64,000 bases of DNA from Felis catus (taxonomy: Eukaryota), in the NCBI RefSeq assembly GCF_018350175.1, contig NC_058368.1, positions 149,608,001 through 149,672,000 of the forward strand. The letters run 5' to 3'. Of the stretch, positions 11,494-24,319 are shown piece by piece. The position numbers were made by a program, and so were the translations under genes. The notes below the pieces were generated by a model that was not told the origin of the DNA, did no database searches, and was given only the letters and a program-made list of their open reading frames with translations. The stretch's first letter is position 1. Each line of letters starts with the position of its first letter.

Positions 11494-13243
11494 TGGAATC
11501 AAACTTCCAGCAGCATTTAAGGACAACAGAGAGACGTGGGCATGGTATCCATGAACCCTCTGGATTCACTGTCTCTCTTACCGTTTTTTAGGTTTATAGC
11601 TAAGTTCCTCTTGTTCTGAGTTCACTGTTTTTTGGATTTGAGCTCTTGATCTAATTGACTCTCCTTTGCAAGGCAAGTCAGCTTGAGCTGGCAGATGGTT
11701 ATGCCTGGAGCCCAGTTGAGCTGGCACGCTTACCTGGAGCTGAGCTGAGCTGGCGGTGTTTCTCAGAGCCCAACTGAGCTGGCAGAAGAGACTGCCCAAT
11801 GCCAGGCCCCTTGCTTTTTCAGACTGATTCCTGGGTGGAAAACTTCAGCCGGGTTCCAACGGAATTGTCGTTGGTGAGCACAGGGTCTTCTTGTGACCAG
11901 GATGCATTACTGTCATTACACTAAGGTACACACATTTGTCTTATTTTGTATAGATAAAGGTTATTCCTAGTGGGGGATCTTGGAGGCCAAAAAGCCACAA
12001 AAATTGGTAGGCACCAACTGAGAATTTAAAGGCTATTAGAGGGCTCACCACCTCAAGAGGACTCCTGTGACATGATAAGTTTATCACAGAATGGATTAGA
12101 TTGACAGCAGGTCACCTGCCAACCTCAAAAAAACATCTGTGCCATGAGGTACGCTGTAAAACACACACAATCCCCAGCGCACAGCACATCCCTTTTAGGT
12201 ATTAACTCCAAGAAACCAAAAGGCTTAGCTAATAAGTTCTTTAAATCCTAAAGAATCAAGCACGCCACCTTTGTCTCCCTTGCTTATTTTATGTCGAAGA
12301 CCTAGAATACTGGAAGTTGCAGACATCTATCAGAAATGGCTAGATCTAAGCTTGTTGTGTGTACTGAGGAATTTGGTTGTGTAACCATCATGTTTGAGCC
12401 GTAAAATAATGCTGGACAAAAATGTGGTTCCACTCCATCTGTGGCTGGGGTTCTACCAAACTGCTGGCAGTCATCATGGGAATTACAACCTAGAAATACA
12501 ATGGCCATTGTAGAGAAAATTCCAGTTAGATAAGATTATTTAGGAAATGTACTTGAAAGCAGGGATTTCAAATTAAGCAAAATGAGATACCTATTCAATA
12601 TTTTATTTTATTTTATTTTATTTTATTTTATTTTATTTTATTTTATTTTATTTTATTCTAATTCCAGTGTGGTTAAATATATACTCAGGGCTTATCAAGA
12701 TAAATGTACTCTTAGTCCCCTTTACCTATTTCACCCATCTCCCCCCCCATCTCCCCTTTGGTAACCATCTGTTTGTTCTCTATAATTAAGAGTCTGTTTT
12801 TTGGTTTGTCTCCTTTTCCTTTGTTCATGTGTTTTGTTTCTTAAATTCTATATATGAGTGAAATTACATGGTATTTTTCTTTTTCCTACTGACCTACTTC
12901 ACTAAGCATTATACTCTCTAGCTGTACCCATGTTGCAAATCACAACACTTCATTCTTCTTTATGGCTGAATAATATTCCATTGTATATATATATACCACA
13001 TTTTCTTTACCCATTCATCAATCAGTGGACTCTTGGGTTGGCTGAGGAATACCTATTTTAATTGGCATGGAAAAGCCTCCAAAAGGTACAAAATTCCAAA
13101 ATAGTTTCATTGAAAGATGTATTAATGAGACTGTAAGACTGATAGAACTCCTACTACTCCCCTCTATCCTTTGAGTATTTATCCTAATGCTTTTCTTTGT
13201 GAATTACATTTCTACTCTGAAGAAACTCTTAAATAGTTACCTT
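11494..13243 (+). mobile_element. ERV1-like leader and decayed gag start, interrupted by an L1
   Basis: Follows the PBS; repeated tgagctggc leader motifs; matrix-like peptide NLEIQWPL*RKFQLDKII near 12487-12540; resumes with FNWHGKASKR after 13043. Confidence 0.7.
12601..13042 (-). mobile_element. Carnivore L1 3' end with (TTTTA)n tail, inserted in the ERV
   Basis: L1 3'UTR motifs (ggtaaccatctgtttgttctctata; tatggctgaataatattccattg); imperfect TSD tgagatacctatt / tgaggaatacctatt. Confidence 0.9.
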
Positions 13244-13441
13244 TTTTCAATGTTTATTTTTGAGAAAGAGAGAGAGAGCACAAGCAGGGGAGGGGCAGAG
13301 AGAGGGAGGGGGGCAGAGGATCCAAAGTGGGCTCTGTGCTAACAGCAGAGGAGCCCAATGTGGGGCTTGATCTCACAAACTGTGAGATCATGACCTAAGC
13401 CAAAGTCAGACCCTTAACTGATTGAGCTGCCCAGGCACCCC
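13244..13441 (-). mobile_element. Can-SINE at the ERV/Tigger1 junction
   Basis: Full antisense SINE; no TSD recognisable. Confidence 0.93.
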
Positions 13442-13483
13442 AAACCACAAATATTCTTAATGACATCTAGAATGGTGAATCTT

Positions 13484-13692
13484 TGGGGTGCCTGGGTGGC
13501 CCAATCAATTAAGCGTCCGACTTTGGCTCAGGTCATGATATCACGGTTCATGAGTTTGAGCCCCACATTGGGTTCTCTTCTGTCAGTGCAAAGCCTGCTT
13601 TGGACCCTCTATTCCCCTTCTCTCTCTGCCCCTCCCCTGCTCATGCTCCCTCTAACCCTCTCAAAATAAATAAACATTAAAAAAAAATAAAT
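13484..13692 (+). mobile_element. Can-SINE within Tigger1
   Basis: Outer TSD tagaatg(g/c)tgaatc at 13468 and 13939 encloses this SINE and the next. Confidence 0.95.
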
Positions 13693-13694
13693 AC

Positions 13695-13938
13695 GGACGC
13701 CTGGGTGGCTCAGTCAGTTAAGCGTCTGACTTTGGCTCAGGTCATGATCTCACAGTTTGTGAGTTTGAGCCCCACCTCGGGCTCTGTGCTGACAGCTCAG
13801 AGCCTGGAGCCTGCTCTGGATTTTGTGTCTCCCTCTCTCTCTCTGCTCTTCCCCTGCTCACACTCTCTCTCTCTCTCTCTCTCTGTCTCTCAAAAATAAA
13901 CATAAATAAACATAAAAAACATACAAATAAATAAATAA
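13695..13938 (+). mobile_element. Can-SINE inserted in the A tail of the previous SINE
   Basis: Head directly follows the A tail of the first SINE. Confidence 0.95.
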
Positions 13939-15426
13939 TAGAATGCTGAATCCTTTCCAGAAGGTTTTCAGTTCACTCTGTTGAGACCCATCAGAGGAAT
14001 CACTATCTAGAGCAGCTATGGCCTTATGATTTTTTAAAATAATAAGACTTGAAAGTTGAAATTACTCCTTGATCCATGGGTTGCGGAATGGACGTTATTT
14101 GAGGAGGCTGTTGTATATCTCCATCAGACCCCATAGCAGTAATATTTGGAAAGGAACCATTTTTTCTCAGTACTAGTTCTCAACAGTGGGCTTAAAATAT
14201 TCAGTAAACCATGTTTCAAACAGATGTACTGTCATTCAGACTTTGTTGTTCCACTCATAGAGCACAGGCAGAGTAGATTTATTATAATTTTTAAGGACCC
14301 TAGGACTTCCAAGAATGGTGAATGAGCATTGGCTTCCACTTAAAGTCACCACTGCATTAGTCGCTAATGAGAGAGTCAGCATGTCCTTTGAAACTTTGAA
14401 GCCAGGCATGGACTTCCTTCTCTGTGTAGGTAAGTCCTAGGTGGTATCTTCTTCCCATATAAAGCTGGTTATTTCCTCTACACTGAAAGCTTCTACATTG
14501 AGTGTAGCTACTGCCATGAATTATCTTAGCCAGATCTTCTACATCAGCTTCTACATCAGCCCTTGCTGCTTCGTCTTGTATTTTTATGCTAGGAGATGGC
14601 CTCTTTCCTTAAACCTCATGAACCATCCTCCACTAATTTGTCTTTTACAGCTCCTTACCAACTCTCTCAACCTTCACAGAATTGAAGAGAGTGAGGGCCT
14701 TGCTCTGGTGTTGGCTTTGGCTTAAGGGAATGTTGTGGATGGTTTGATCTTCCATTCAAACCACTAAAACTGCCTTCACATCGGCAATGAGACTATTTTA
14801 CTTTCTTATCGCTTCTATGTTCACTGGAGTAGCACTTTTCATTTCCTTCGAGTACTTTTCCTTTGCGTTCACAACTTGAGTGCCGCAAAGAGGCCTAGCT
14901 TTCAGCCTTTCATGGCTTTTGAGGTGACTTCCCCAGTAAGCTTAATCACCCCTAGGTTTGGACTTAAAGTGAAAGCCATGCAGTTCTTTCACCTGAACAT
15001 TCAGAGGCCATTGCAGGGTTATTAACTGGTCTAATTTTAATACCGTTGGGTCTCAGAAAACAGAAAGGCCTGAGGAGAGGGAAGGAGAAGGGGAACAGCT
15101 GGTTGACAGGGCAGTCAGAATGCACATAGTGTTTACCGATTAAGTTCACTGTCCTATGTGGGCGTGGTTCGCCCCAAACCATCGCAGTAGTAACATTAAG
15201 GATCACTGATTACAGATCACCGTAACAAATATCAAAATAAAAAAGTCTGAAATATTCCTAGAATTATCAAAATGGGACCCAGAGGCAGGAAGTGAGCAAA
15301 TGCTGTTGAAAAATGAGACTGAGAAACTTGCTCGATGCAGGGCTGCCACAAGCCTTCGGTTTGTATAAAATGCTGTATCTGCAGAGTGCAGCCGAGAGAG
15401 GCACACTAGAACAAGGCGTGCCTGTA

Positions 15427-17220
15427 TATGGCTCGGGTGGCATCTCAAGTCAGGGAGATAAGGAGGGATGGTGTAAATAAATGGTCTGCACACAGCTGGG
15501 TTCACTAAAAAAAAAAAAAAAAAGTCAAATCTATACCTCACATCATACACCCAGATTAATTTCAAATACAGCAAAGGTTTAAGTGCTACCAACCACTGCT
15601 AAAGAAGCTGTAATAGTCCAGACATCACTCGTTGTCAGCCGTCTGGGAGGACAGTTGATTCCCATCACTGGATATTTTCGCACTTTTTGATATTTGCAAA
15701 TCTAATGGTTAGAAGCATGGTATCTTCTTGTTTTAAATTTGCATTTCCCTGATGACTGCAGTTTAAACAGCTTCTCGTGTGTTTATTGACCATCTGGATT
15801 TCCTGTTGTGTGAAATTGCCTGTTCGAATCTTTTACCCACTTATTTCTATTTGGTTATTTGTATTTTTCATATTGATTATTTTAGGGTTTCTCTTTACTT
15901 CCTAGAAAACAGCATATTTTTGTGGGGCAGTTATTTTCTTCTGTGTTAGGGCTTCTCTTTTCATTTTATATGTGGCTTCTCATGTGCACCTATTTATTAT
16001 TTTGATGGAATCAAATTGTCATTCTTTTCCTTTGTGATTTTTGCTTTTGGGGTTTTGTTGAAGAGGACTTCCTGACCTCAAGGTCACAAGGATATTCTCC
16101 ATATTCTCTTATGAAGAAGGAGAAAGAAAAAAAAAAAGAGGAGAAAGAGGAAAGGAAGGATAAGTGGGAAAAAAGGAAACACTTGATTTTTTAAAAAATA
16201 GAAGTGCTGGAAATAATATGAGAAAATTCCTTTTGTAATTTTAAAATGAGGTGACTTTTCTAAAAATGACTCAAAAACTCTAAGTCCTAAAATTAAAAAT
16301 TGATAAATACTTTAGACTTTTTTAAACTTCTGCAGCAAAGCATACCATAAGCTGACAAACTGATGACAAATTTGTAATTTATATCACAGACCACGCTCCA
16401 TAACATAAAGAGTGCCTAGAAAACAATTAGAAAATATAGTGACACAATAGGAAATTGTCAAAATACATTAATAGAGAGTCAATAGAAAATGAAATACAAA
16501 GTACAATTTAATTATACAAAGTGCAATGTACAACTTAATTGTACAATGAGACAAATACCAAGTTAAAATAAGCTATGAGTCCATTTTTCATCTAGGAGAT
16601 TAACAAAAATGAAAATTTCGATTACATGGTCTATTGACAAGACAGTGGGGAAACGGTCACTCTCACTCATTGCTAGTAGAAATGTAAATTGCCACAATGC
16701 CTAAGGAAAGCAATTTGGGAAAAAATTTAATTACAAATACATATACTTTTTTGCTAAGTAGTTCTACCTCTGTGAATGTATCTTACACTTACACATGTGA
16801 AAATAAATAATATTATTCATTGCAACATTGTTTGCAAAAGAAAAGGACTAGAATGTTCTATCATTGACAGGGATTAGATTAGAAAAATTGTAGTATGTCT
16901 AAACAACAGCATCTGTGCACCAATAAAAAACAGTGAGGAAGCTTTCTATACATAAACATCTGTGAAATGTATTGTGAATTGAACAAAGCAAGGTGGGAAA
17001 AAATTGGGTGGGAGGCAAATTTTGCTTAAAGTGGAAGACAGGAATATATATTTTTATTGGCTGGTATTTGCCTGAAGTAACTGGCAAATTACAAAATTAA
17101 TGGCAGTGGTTACCAGTGTGTGAATGACAGGGCAAGGAAAACAGGAAAAGCAGATTGATGGAAGGCAGTTTTTGCAGACTTCACATACTTCCAAGTTTGT
17201 TTTCTAATTTTTGAAAGATG
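15427..17220 (+). mobile_element. Old L1 ORF2/3' fragments, with an opposite-strand L1 piece at about 15590-16110
   Basis: Sense motifs ctatacctcacatcatacacccagattaatttcaaat and ggggaaacggtcactctcactcattgctagtagaaatgtaaattg; antisense motif ttttaaatttgcatttccctgatgact. Confidence 0.7.
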
Positions 17221-17263
17221 ATTTTGTTACCTATTGAATTGATTACATTTAAAAAATCAATTT

Positions 17264-17513
17264 GGTGGCTCCGTCGTTGAAGCGTCCGACTTTGGCCCAG
17301 GTCATGATCTCACAGTTCTTGAGTTCAAGCCCCGCGTGGGGGTCTGTGCTGACAAGCTCAGAGCCTAGAGCCTGGAGCCTGCTTTGGATTCTGTGTCTCC
17401 CTCTGCCTTTGCCCCTCCCCTGCTTGTGCTCGTTGTCTCTCTCTCTCTCTCTCTCTCTCTCAAAAATAAATAAACATTTTTAAATAAAAAAATAAAAAAT
17501 CAATTTACTTAAA
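17264..17513 (+). mobile_element. Can-SINE (slightly 5'-truncated)
   Basis: TSD aaaaatcaattt; internal agagcct duplication. Confidence 0.95.
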
Positions 17514-19209
17514 AATAAACTTAATAATATTGATTTAGTTTTAAAAAAAATAGAAGCCAAACAGTGAAGACTGTACCTTTAACTATCTTTCTACCTGTGT
17601 CAGGGTTTGAAAAGTCACACTTTTTAGAAACGTGGTAAGGAAATGTTGACCCTGAAAAAAGTTCCAGTACGCTGCTATGTTTATGTGCCAAAACAAATGA
17701 AATTTCCTGAGATATTTCAGGACAGATATTATAAATTTAAGAATGATTTTTCTAAAGTAGACTATGAAGAGATGAAATAATTTATGGTAAGCTGGAGCAG
17801 TGAAAATATTCCATGCAATGCAAAAATGTCAACTTCAAAATTACTCTGAATATCACGTATAAAGAAAAAAAAAACCCAAGTTTGCCATTAAATGATCAAC
17901 TGACAACTCAAAGCAGAATATACCGAAATGCCTAACATTTTATTATCATATCTATTTCTCACAATTCAGAAAAACCATAAAGAATATCATCTAAATCTGT
18001 AATTTAATGCATAACACTGTAACACATTTCTAAAGTAAGTTTTAAAATGAGTCAGCCTTATGAGTCTGAGTGACATTTTGTCACTGATTTAAAGGAAAAT
18101 GCTGCCTCTGTTAAGATCTTATAATACATATAATAAAGAAAAACACAGTATAAGTTTAGACAAATTTGAGAACTTTATCACCTTACCATCAGGGTGTTAA
18201 TGCATATGTAAGCACAAATATTTGAACTATTCCTTTCATTATGTCAGATGACAAGAAAGGTACCTGAAAATTGTCTTATTTGTTCGGGTAAATGAAGTAA
18301 CGTCAGATCTAGGAGTGATGTCCTTATCATTATAGGATCTAGATGTCAGAGTATCATGGGCTAGAATAACGTTTGTAATGGTGTGAAAATGAAATATTTC
18401 AACATTGATGTTTTCCCTGAAAGGATTTATTTTCATGGTTACTCTTTTGCTGTCGGACTAGCTAGCTGGCTTATGGGTCTCACCTACAAAAATAAAACTC
18501 TGAAAAAAAAAGTGTCTTTAATTAAGTACAGCAAAGGTAAAGCAACAAAGGGGGTGTTAAAAATGGAGACATGAGTGAGGAAAGATGTTAATTGGGGCCA
18601 ACCTTCTGTTTATTAACTCATCTGCAGTTTTAAGGGCTGAATTTTTATTATTCTCACAGAAGAGCATAGAAGGCACACAGGAATGAATGACCACAGGATG
18701 GGGCCAAAGGCGAGGACAGTTGAAACTCAGTGAGTGGCAGAACAAAAAGTAAAAGAATAAAAAAAAAAAGAAAAGAAAGAAAGAAAGAGAGAGAGACATT
18801 CTCAAGACATTTCATTACAGATTTTATGGAAATAATCTGATTTAGTCTTCATTGACTTTTCCTAAATCTTCACATTTTAATACATTTTTTAAAAAAGTAA
18901 TTAATTTTAAGAGGTGAGTGGGGAGGAAGAATGCCCAATACATGGGTCCTAATCAGCCCAAGTCCTGCTTGTTCTTGGCCTGCAAGGTACTTGGCCTTGA
19001 AGGCACTGTGGCTCCACCCAGGGCTTCAACTTGAACAGAAGGAGAGAAGCAGACTTAGCAGTGAGAGGGGTAATATATGCTACCATATGGCCAGATTCCT
19101 TTTATTTGTCAAGAGAAGATAAAAATCTGTATCATTCTTATGATACTGAAATATTTTTTTAAAAAGCTGTAAACAGCCTTCAAACTAGTTGGCAACCTGT
19201 GTGTTTTAA

Positions 19210-19460
19210 TGACAGCTAACCCTTGCACAAAACTTCTTACATGCCAGGCTATGTTCTAAGTACTTTACGTAGCGTCATTTCATCCACCAAACAACCACAT
19301 GAGGTAAATCCTATTTTATCCCCATTTTTAAGATGAGTTAACTGAGACACAGTTATGTCTATAACTTGCACGAGGTCGCATAACTGGTAAATGGCAGAGG
19401 CAGAACCTGAGCTTCAGAACTTTGTTCCAGAGTTCAGACCCTCAAGCACTAAGTTATTCC
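19210..19460 (-). mobile_element. MIR
   Basis: ctattttatccccatttttaagatgagttaactgagacacag...acttgcacgaggtcgcataactggtaaatggcagag. Confidence 0.85.
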
Positions 19461-19627
19461 TATAGGAAAATGTCCCCTTCAAAGAGCTGCTTATAAATAT
19501 TTCATTAATTGTAGAACTGAATTCTATACTATACTGACACTATGCTGATATTTTTCCATGGAATAATTTTTTTCATTCTCTTAAATCATTTTTTTTTATT
19601 TGGAAAACTTCACAAACCACCATTTCT

Positions 19628-19925
19628 TTTTTAATTCAAGCACAATTAACAGACCGTGTTACATTAGCATCAGGTGTACAATATAATGATTCAATAATTC
19701 TATGCATTACATCAGTGCTCATTAAGATTAATATACTCTTAATCCCTTTTATCTATTTTACTCATCTCCCCACTAGCCTCCCCTCTGGCAACCACCAGTT
19801 TGTTCTCTATATTTAGGGGTGGTTTTTGTTAGGCTCTTTTTTCCTTTGTTCATTTGTTTTGTTTCTTAAATTCTAACTATGAGTGAAATCATATGGTATT
19901 TGTCCTTCTCTGACTGATTTATTTC
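19628..19925 (-). mobile_element. Carnivore L1 3' end
   Basis: L1 3'UTR motifs; imperfect TSD accaccatttct / accactgtttct. Confidence 0.88.
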
Positions 19926-20349
19926 ACCACTGTTTCTAAAGGGCCCAATTTGGAAGACGGATATTTTGGAAAGGTAAGGTTATTATTAATTAAATATTTT
20001 CTAAAGGTAAAATTCATTTTGGAAAAAATATTTTGTGTGTTTTAGCTACCATTTCCCATTTTTTATTGTGTAGCAAAATGCTACATGATAATTTTATATG
20101 TGCATATTTATGTACACTTATACGTGATTATACATGATTTATATATAATATACTATGATAGTGTGCCTGTGTGGTGATAAGGCAAAAAATGTAAACAAGC
20201 AGCACAATTTGATACCTTTGACTTCAGTCAAGTTACCTGGACTCACTTCAGTTTTTCAGTTTTATTCAGTTTATTAATAAATTTTTAATAAAATTTAAAT
20301 TAAATTAAAAATAAAAATTATAAATAAATTTTTATTCAGTTTATTAATA

Positions 20350-21190
20350 AACTTTTCAGTTTTATTCAGATATAGTTGACATATCACATTGTGTAAATTT
20401 AAGATATACAGCAAGATGATTAGATTAATATATATATTGTGGAATGTTTACAACACTAAGATTGGTTAATACATCCTTTACCTCATGTAACTATGATTTT
20501 GTTGTTGTTGTTATCGTGACAACATTGAAGTTCTACTTTTACAGTACTATATTGTTAACTATAGTCACCATGCTATGCATTACATCTTTGGAACTTATTC
20601 ATGTTATAACTGAAAGCATGTACACTTTGACCCACATTTACCCATTTTCCCCACCCTTCACCCTTTAACAACCACCATTTTGCTCTCTGTTTCTATGAGT
20701 TTGCTGTTTTTTAGATTCTACATGTGAGTGAGATAGATTGTACATTATTTGTCTTTCTCTGTCTCACTGACTTCACTTAGCATAATACCCTCAAGGTCCA
20801 TCCTTGTGGTCACAAATAACAGGATTTCCTTCTTTTTTATGGCTGAATAATATACCACATATATATATCATACACACACACATATATATAAACACATATA
20901 TATACACATACATATATATCACATATATCATATATATCATATATATATATATATATATCACATTTTCTCTTATCTTTTCATCTGTCAGTAGACACTTACA
21001 TTGACCATAGATATCTTGACCATTGTGAGATATTCTGCAATTAACATGGGAGCACATATATCTCTTTGGTATAGTGGTTTTCTTCAGACAAATACCCAGA
21101 AATGGGATTGCTGGATCATATGGTGGTTCTCTCTTTAATTTTTTGAGGAACCTCCATACTGTTTTCCATAGTGGCTGCACCAATTTACAT
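20350..21190 (-). mobile_element. L1 (L1MA-like) 3' fragment with an internal (TA/CA)n microsatellite
   Basis: ORF 20791..21183 begins [23 protein letters not shown] (L1 ORF2 C-terminus). Confidence 0.92.
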
Positions 21191-22899
21191 GTAAATTGAT
21201 GGAGACTCTCTCAAGCTTTCATTCCAAGGTCTATTGTAAATTCAGAGAATTCATAGACATGGGTTACTCACTAGTGGTTCTACTTGCTCTTGGGTAGTAT
21301 GGACTCTTTTCAGAGGGTTGGCTATTTGCCTTCCACTGGTATAAGCCTGTCCCATCACGTCTATAGGCCTCATTATGTCTATAGGTCTCACATTTGTATC
21401 CATACCTCTCAGAGATGTAATTGTAAGAAAAACACCTGAAAAGTCCTTCCTGATAGAATGATCCTTTAGCAGGTCCAATTATTTCAAAAAACTCTTGCAG
21501 AGTCCACTGTTGGTTGCGAAAGAAACATCTTTATTCAGTGTATACAGGAAGTAGTAGGTCCTCCATATCTTCTTTAGGAAGGCTACTCCTTTTTCATTAT
21601 TAAAGTTCCATCTCTTCCTAACATTAGCTATGGGCTCACAGCTATCCTTTCTAAATCCAGATTCTGGCTTACCCCAGATCAAAACCTTCAAATTTCTCCT
21701 TACAGTAAGCAGGTGTGATTCCCTAAATTGCCACCATGAAGAATGTCAAACTCTTAATGTTCCTCACTGACATAAGGTAGTGGGAAGTACTATTTAACCC
21801 AAACACATACACATGACAGAAAGTCATAGTCTGTCCTGGGGTTTCCACTCCTACTCCATGCAGTTTCAGCTAGTAGAAAGCTGGTCATTTTTATTGTGCT
21901 AAAATCTAAATATTTGAGTCACCCCTACAACCTCCTCCTCGGACCTGGTTGTTCCAGCAATGGAGGATAAGTGAGAAGAAGTTTGAGGACGTCATTAAGA
22001 TTCAGTAGACTTTCAGACTCTCAGTTAATTTTCTTCCAACTGAGCCAGGACCACGGAGCCATAGTGAGCAGCATTGAACAGGAAGCCAGGCTTAGCTAGG
22101 TAGCACAGAGGTCTCAGATAAAACAAACAAAGCAGGGCTTTGTGAGGTGACAAAAAGGAAATGAGCAAAGTCACACCCTGAGCCCATCAGCCAGGCAGTC
22201 TAGTGAGCAGGAAACAAAGCCACGAGACCAATGGCCCCCAGTGGTGAGACTATACTGCACAGGTGATCAGAACAGAGCTAAGGTTGAGTTCTGTCCATGA
22301 AGCCACTTTGATGTATTCTAATTGCCTAGAGCAGTGCTCTAAGAAAATAAGGGAAGAGCCTTCCTACTTTTAAACATAGCCTATGGTTTGCAGAAGCTGT
22401 TTTAAAAAATAACATGAATCTGATCTTACAAAATATTTTCTGACATGAACAGAAAAATCTGTAAGTTGCTGCTAAGAGTACTATTATGTTAGAAGGAGAA
22501 AAAATGAAAAACAGATTAAAGATTTAACATTCTGCTCAGAACCTTTCTCTTGCCAAGGATAAACCCAATCCTTTGGAAGTTGACCACTTTTTTTCCTATT
22601 CTCAAAATGCAGAAGACCTATGTTGATAATGAAGACCGTGATGGGATTCTGATCCAGGATGCTTCTTAAACAATTAGGTCTAAACAATATGGAAACTACA
22701 TCGAACGTGAACATTAAGGACGTTGTAATCTAAATGTTGAGTAAAGTAAAGAAACAGGGTAATTTACAATTAAAAGTTAATCTTCTGAATAAATATTCTT
22801 GCCACGTGCATTTGGGAAAGGTAGTTGTACTTTTTAAAATAGGACCGCATGTCCAGATTATATTTTATAAGGGCATGGGAAGATCTCATCCGAGTGTAA

Positions 22900-23340
22900 G
22901 CAAAGGAGAGTAGCCAAGACATCCCTTAATCAAAGAGAGACTGGAGCAAGTATAGTGTATGTGGAGAGCTGACAGATGAAATCAGTGTGGGTAAAGTAGA
23001 CTACATGTATTAAGGAGCAATGGAAAATCTATATAGGTCATGTAGTCCCAGACTTGGCTATGCGGCTGAAGAACTTGAAATTGATAGGTCAAGAGGACAT
23101 TATAGTTTCTGTAATGGGCAGATACGGGTGGGTGACACAGTGGGAGGGAGATGTTTTAGGAAGCCATGCAAGTTAGGCTTGGGCAAAGATGAGCTGATTT
23201 CTGCATATTGGACAAGGCTAAATCCATAATTCTGGCATGTTGTCATAAAGGTCTGACAATAATGGGATATTTGAAAAGGAAAAGAAAGGGTAAATTTGAG
23301 AAACATTAAGAAAAAAACCAAGTCCCTGACAGACTGAATA
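22900..23340 (-). mobile_element. L2 relic
   Basis: Degenerate purine-rich L2-like sequence. Confidence 0.45.
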
Positions 23341-24319
23341 TAGAAGAATAAGACAAACATAGCACATATAACTCCACCAATCCTTTATACATAGAAAGCT
23401 TATAAAATACTACTGGAAAACTGGGAGAAGTAGAGAGGCTGAGAAATGGGGCCCTGCACAGGGGTGGGGGTGCATCCAGATTTATTTTTCATATTGACTA
23501 TATGATTCAAAGCAGAAACTATTGGCACTTAGCACTGGTTTTAGCATTAAAGAAACAACCTAGTCCCGGGGAGCTTTCACTGTATTTGGGCAAGAATGCA
23601 GGGCAGACCGTGGTATGAAACAAACACAAAGAAAATGAAATGTAAACACCTTGATAATGAATAAATGATATTTTTACCACTGAGAGGACTGAAAAAAAGG
23701 AATAACACAGGAAGTGGGGGCAGTGGATTAAAATGTCACAACTGGGAAGCAGGATGCTGAACCTTGCGTTATGCGTTGAGAGATTGGAGATAGAGGAAGA
23801 GGAGCTGAGTGGGAGCCAGACGCTGCGGGAATCTGCTGATCGGCGGGAATGTGGGCCTGTGGCTGGAGACGCTGCAAAAGTAAAAGTGATATTAAGTGAC
23901 AACAACAAGGGCCTGCCTTAGAGGGATGTTTGCAACATGAGGCAAACTGAAAGCAATATTTCCTGCTTTCTAAAATAAACGTTATAGTGAACTCATCATG
24001 AGTTTGCTCTCATCCTATTCTCTGTGGGGATGGAGACCTTGTCGGCACTCTGTTCTGTTAAACACGCATACTCACACACACACTAATAATTGTAATAAAC
24101 ACTTCTCCTTGCAAAGTGCCACTCGCTGGAGTTGCCATAGGAAGTTTTACACTTGGGAAAATTTGTACAAGCAGGTAGAATTCTCCCTTTCAATCTATAC
24201 AGTTCTCTTGGTGGCAGGGAGGGTAGGAGGTGGCAGAGAACACAGTAATAAAAACAAAAATCAAGTTACTGTACAAACCAGCATAGAAATGGGATTTTGT
24301 TAAAAAGGAAAGAGAATGA

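Larger units (their letters stand above)
13445..15424 (-). mobile_element. Tigger1 (TcMar) 5' and internal part, decayed transposase, split by two SINEs
   Basis: Reverse complement starts ta|caggcacgcc...gcagatacagcattttatacaaaccgaaggcttgtggcagccctgcatcgagcaag (Tigger1 5' end, TA target); internal transposase motifs gaatcctttccagaagg and aattactccttgatccatggg. Confidence 0.9.

Noticed and set aside
14441..15592. Domesticated pogo/Tigger transposase gene
   Set aside because: No long transposase frame; the element is decayed and interrupted.
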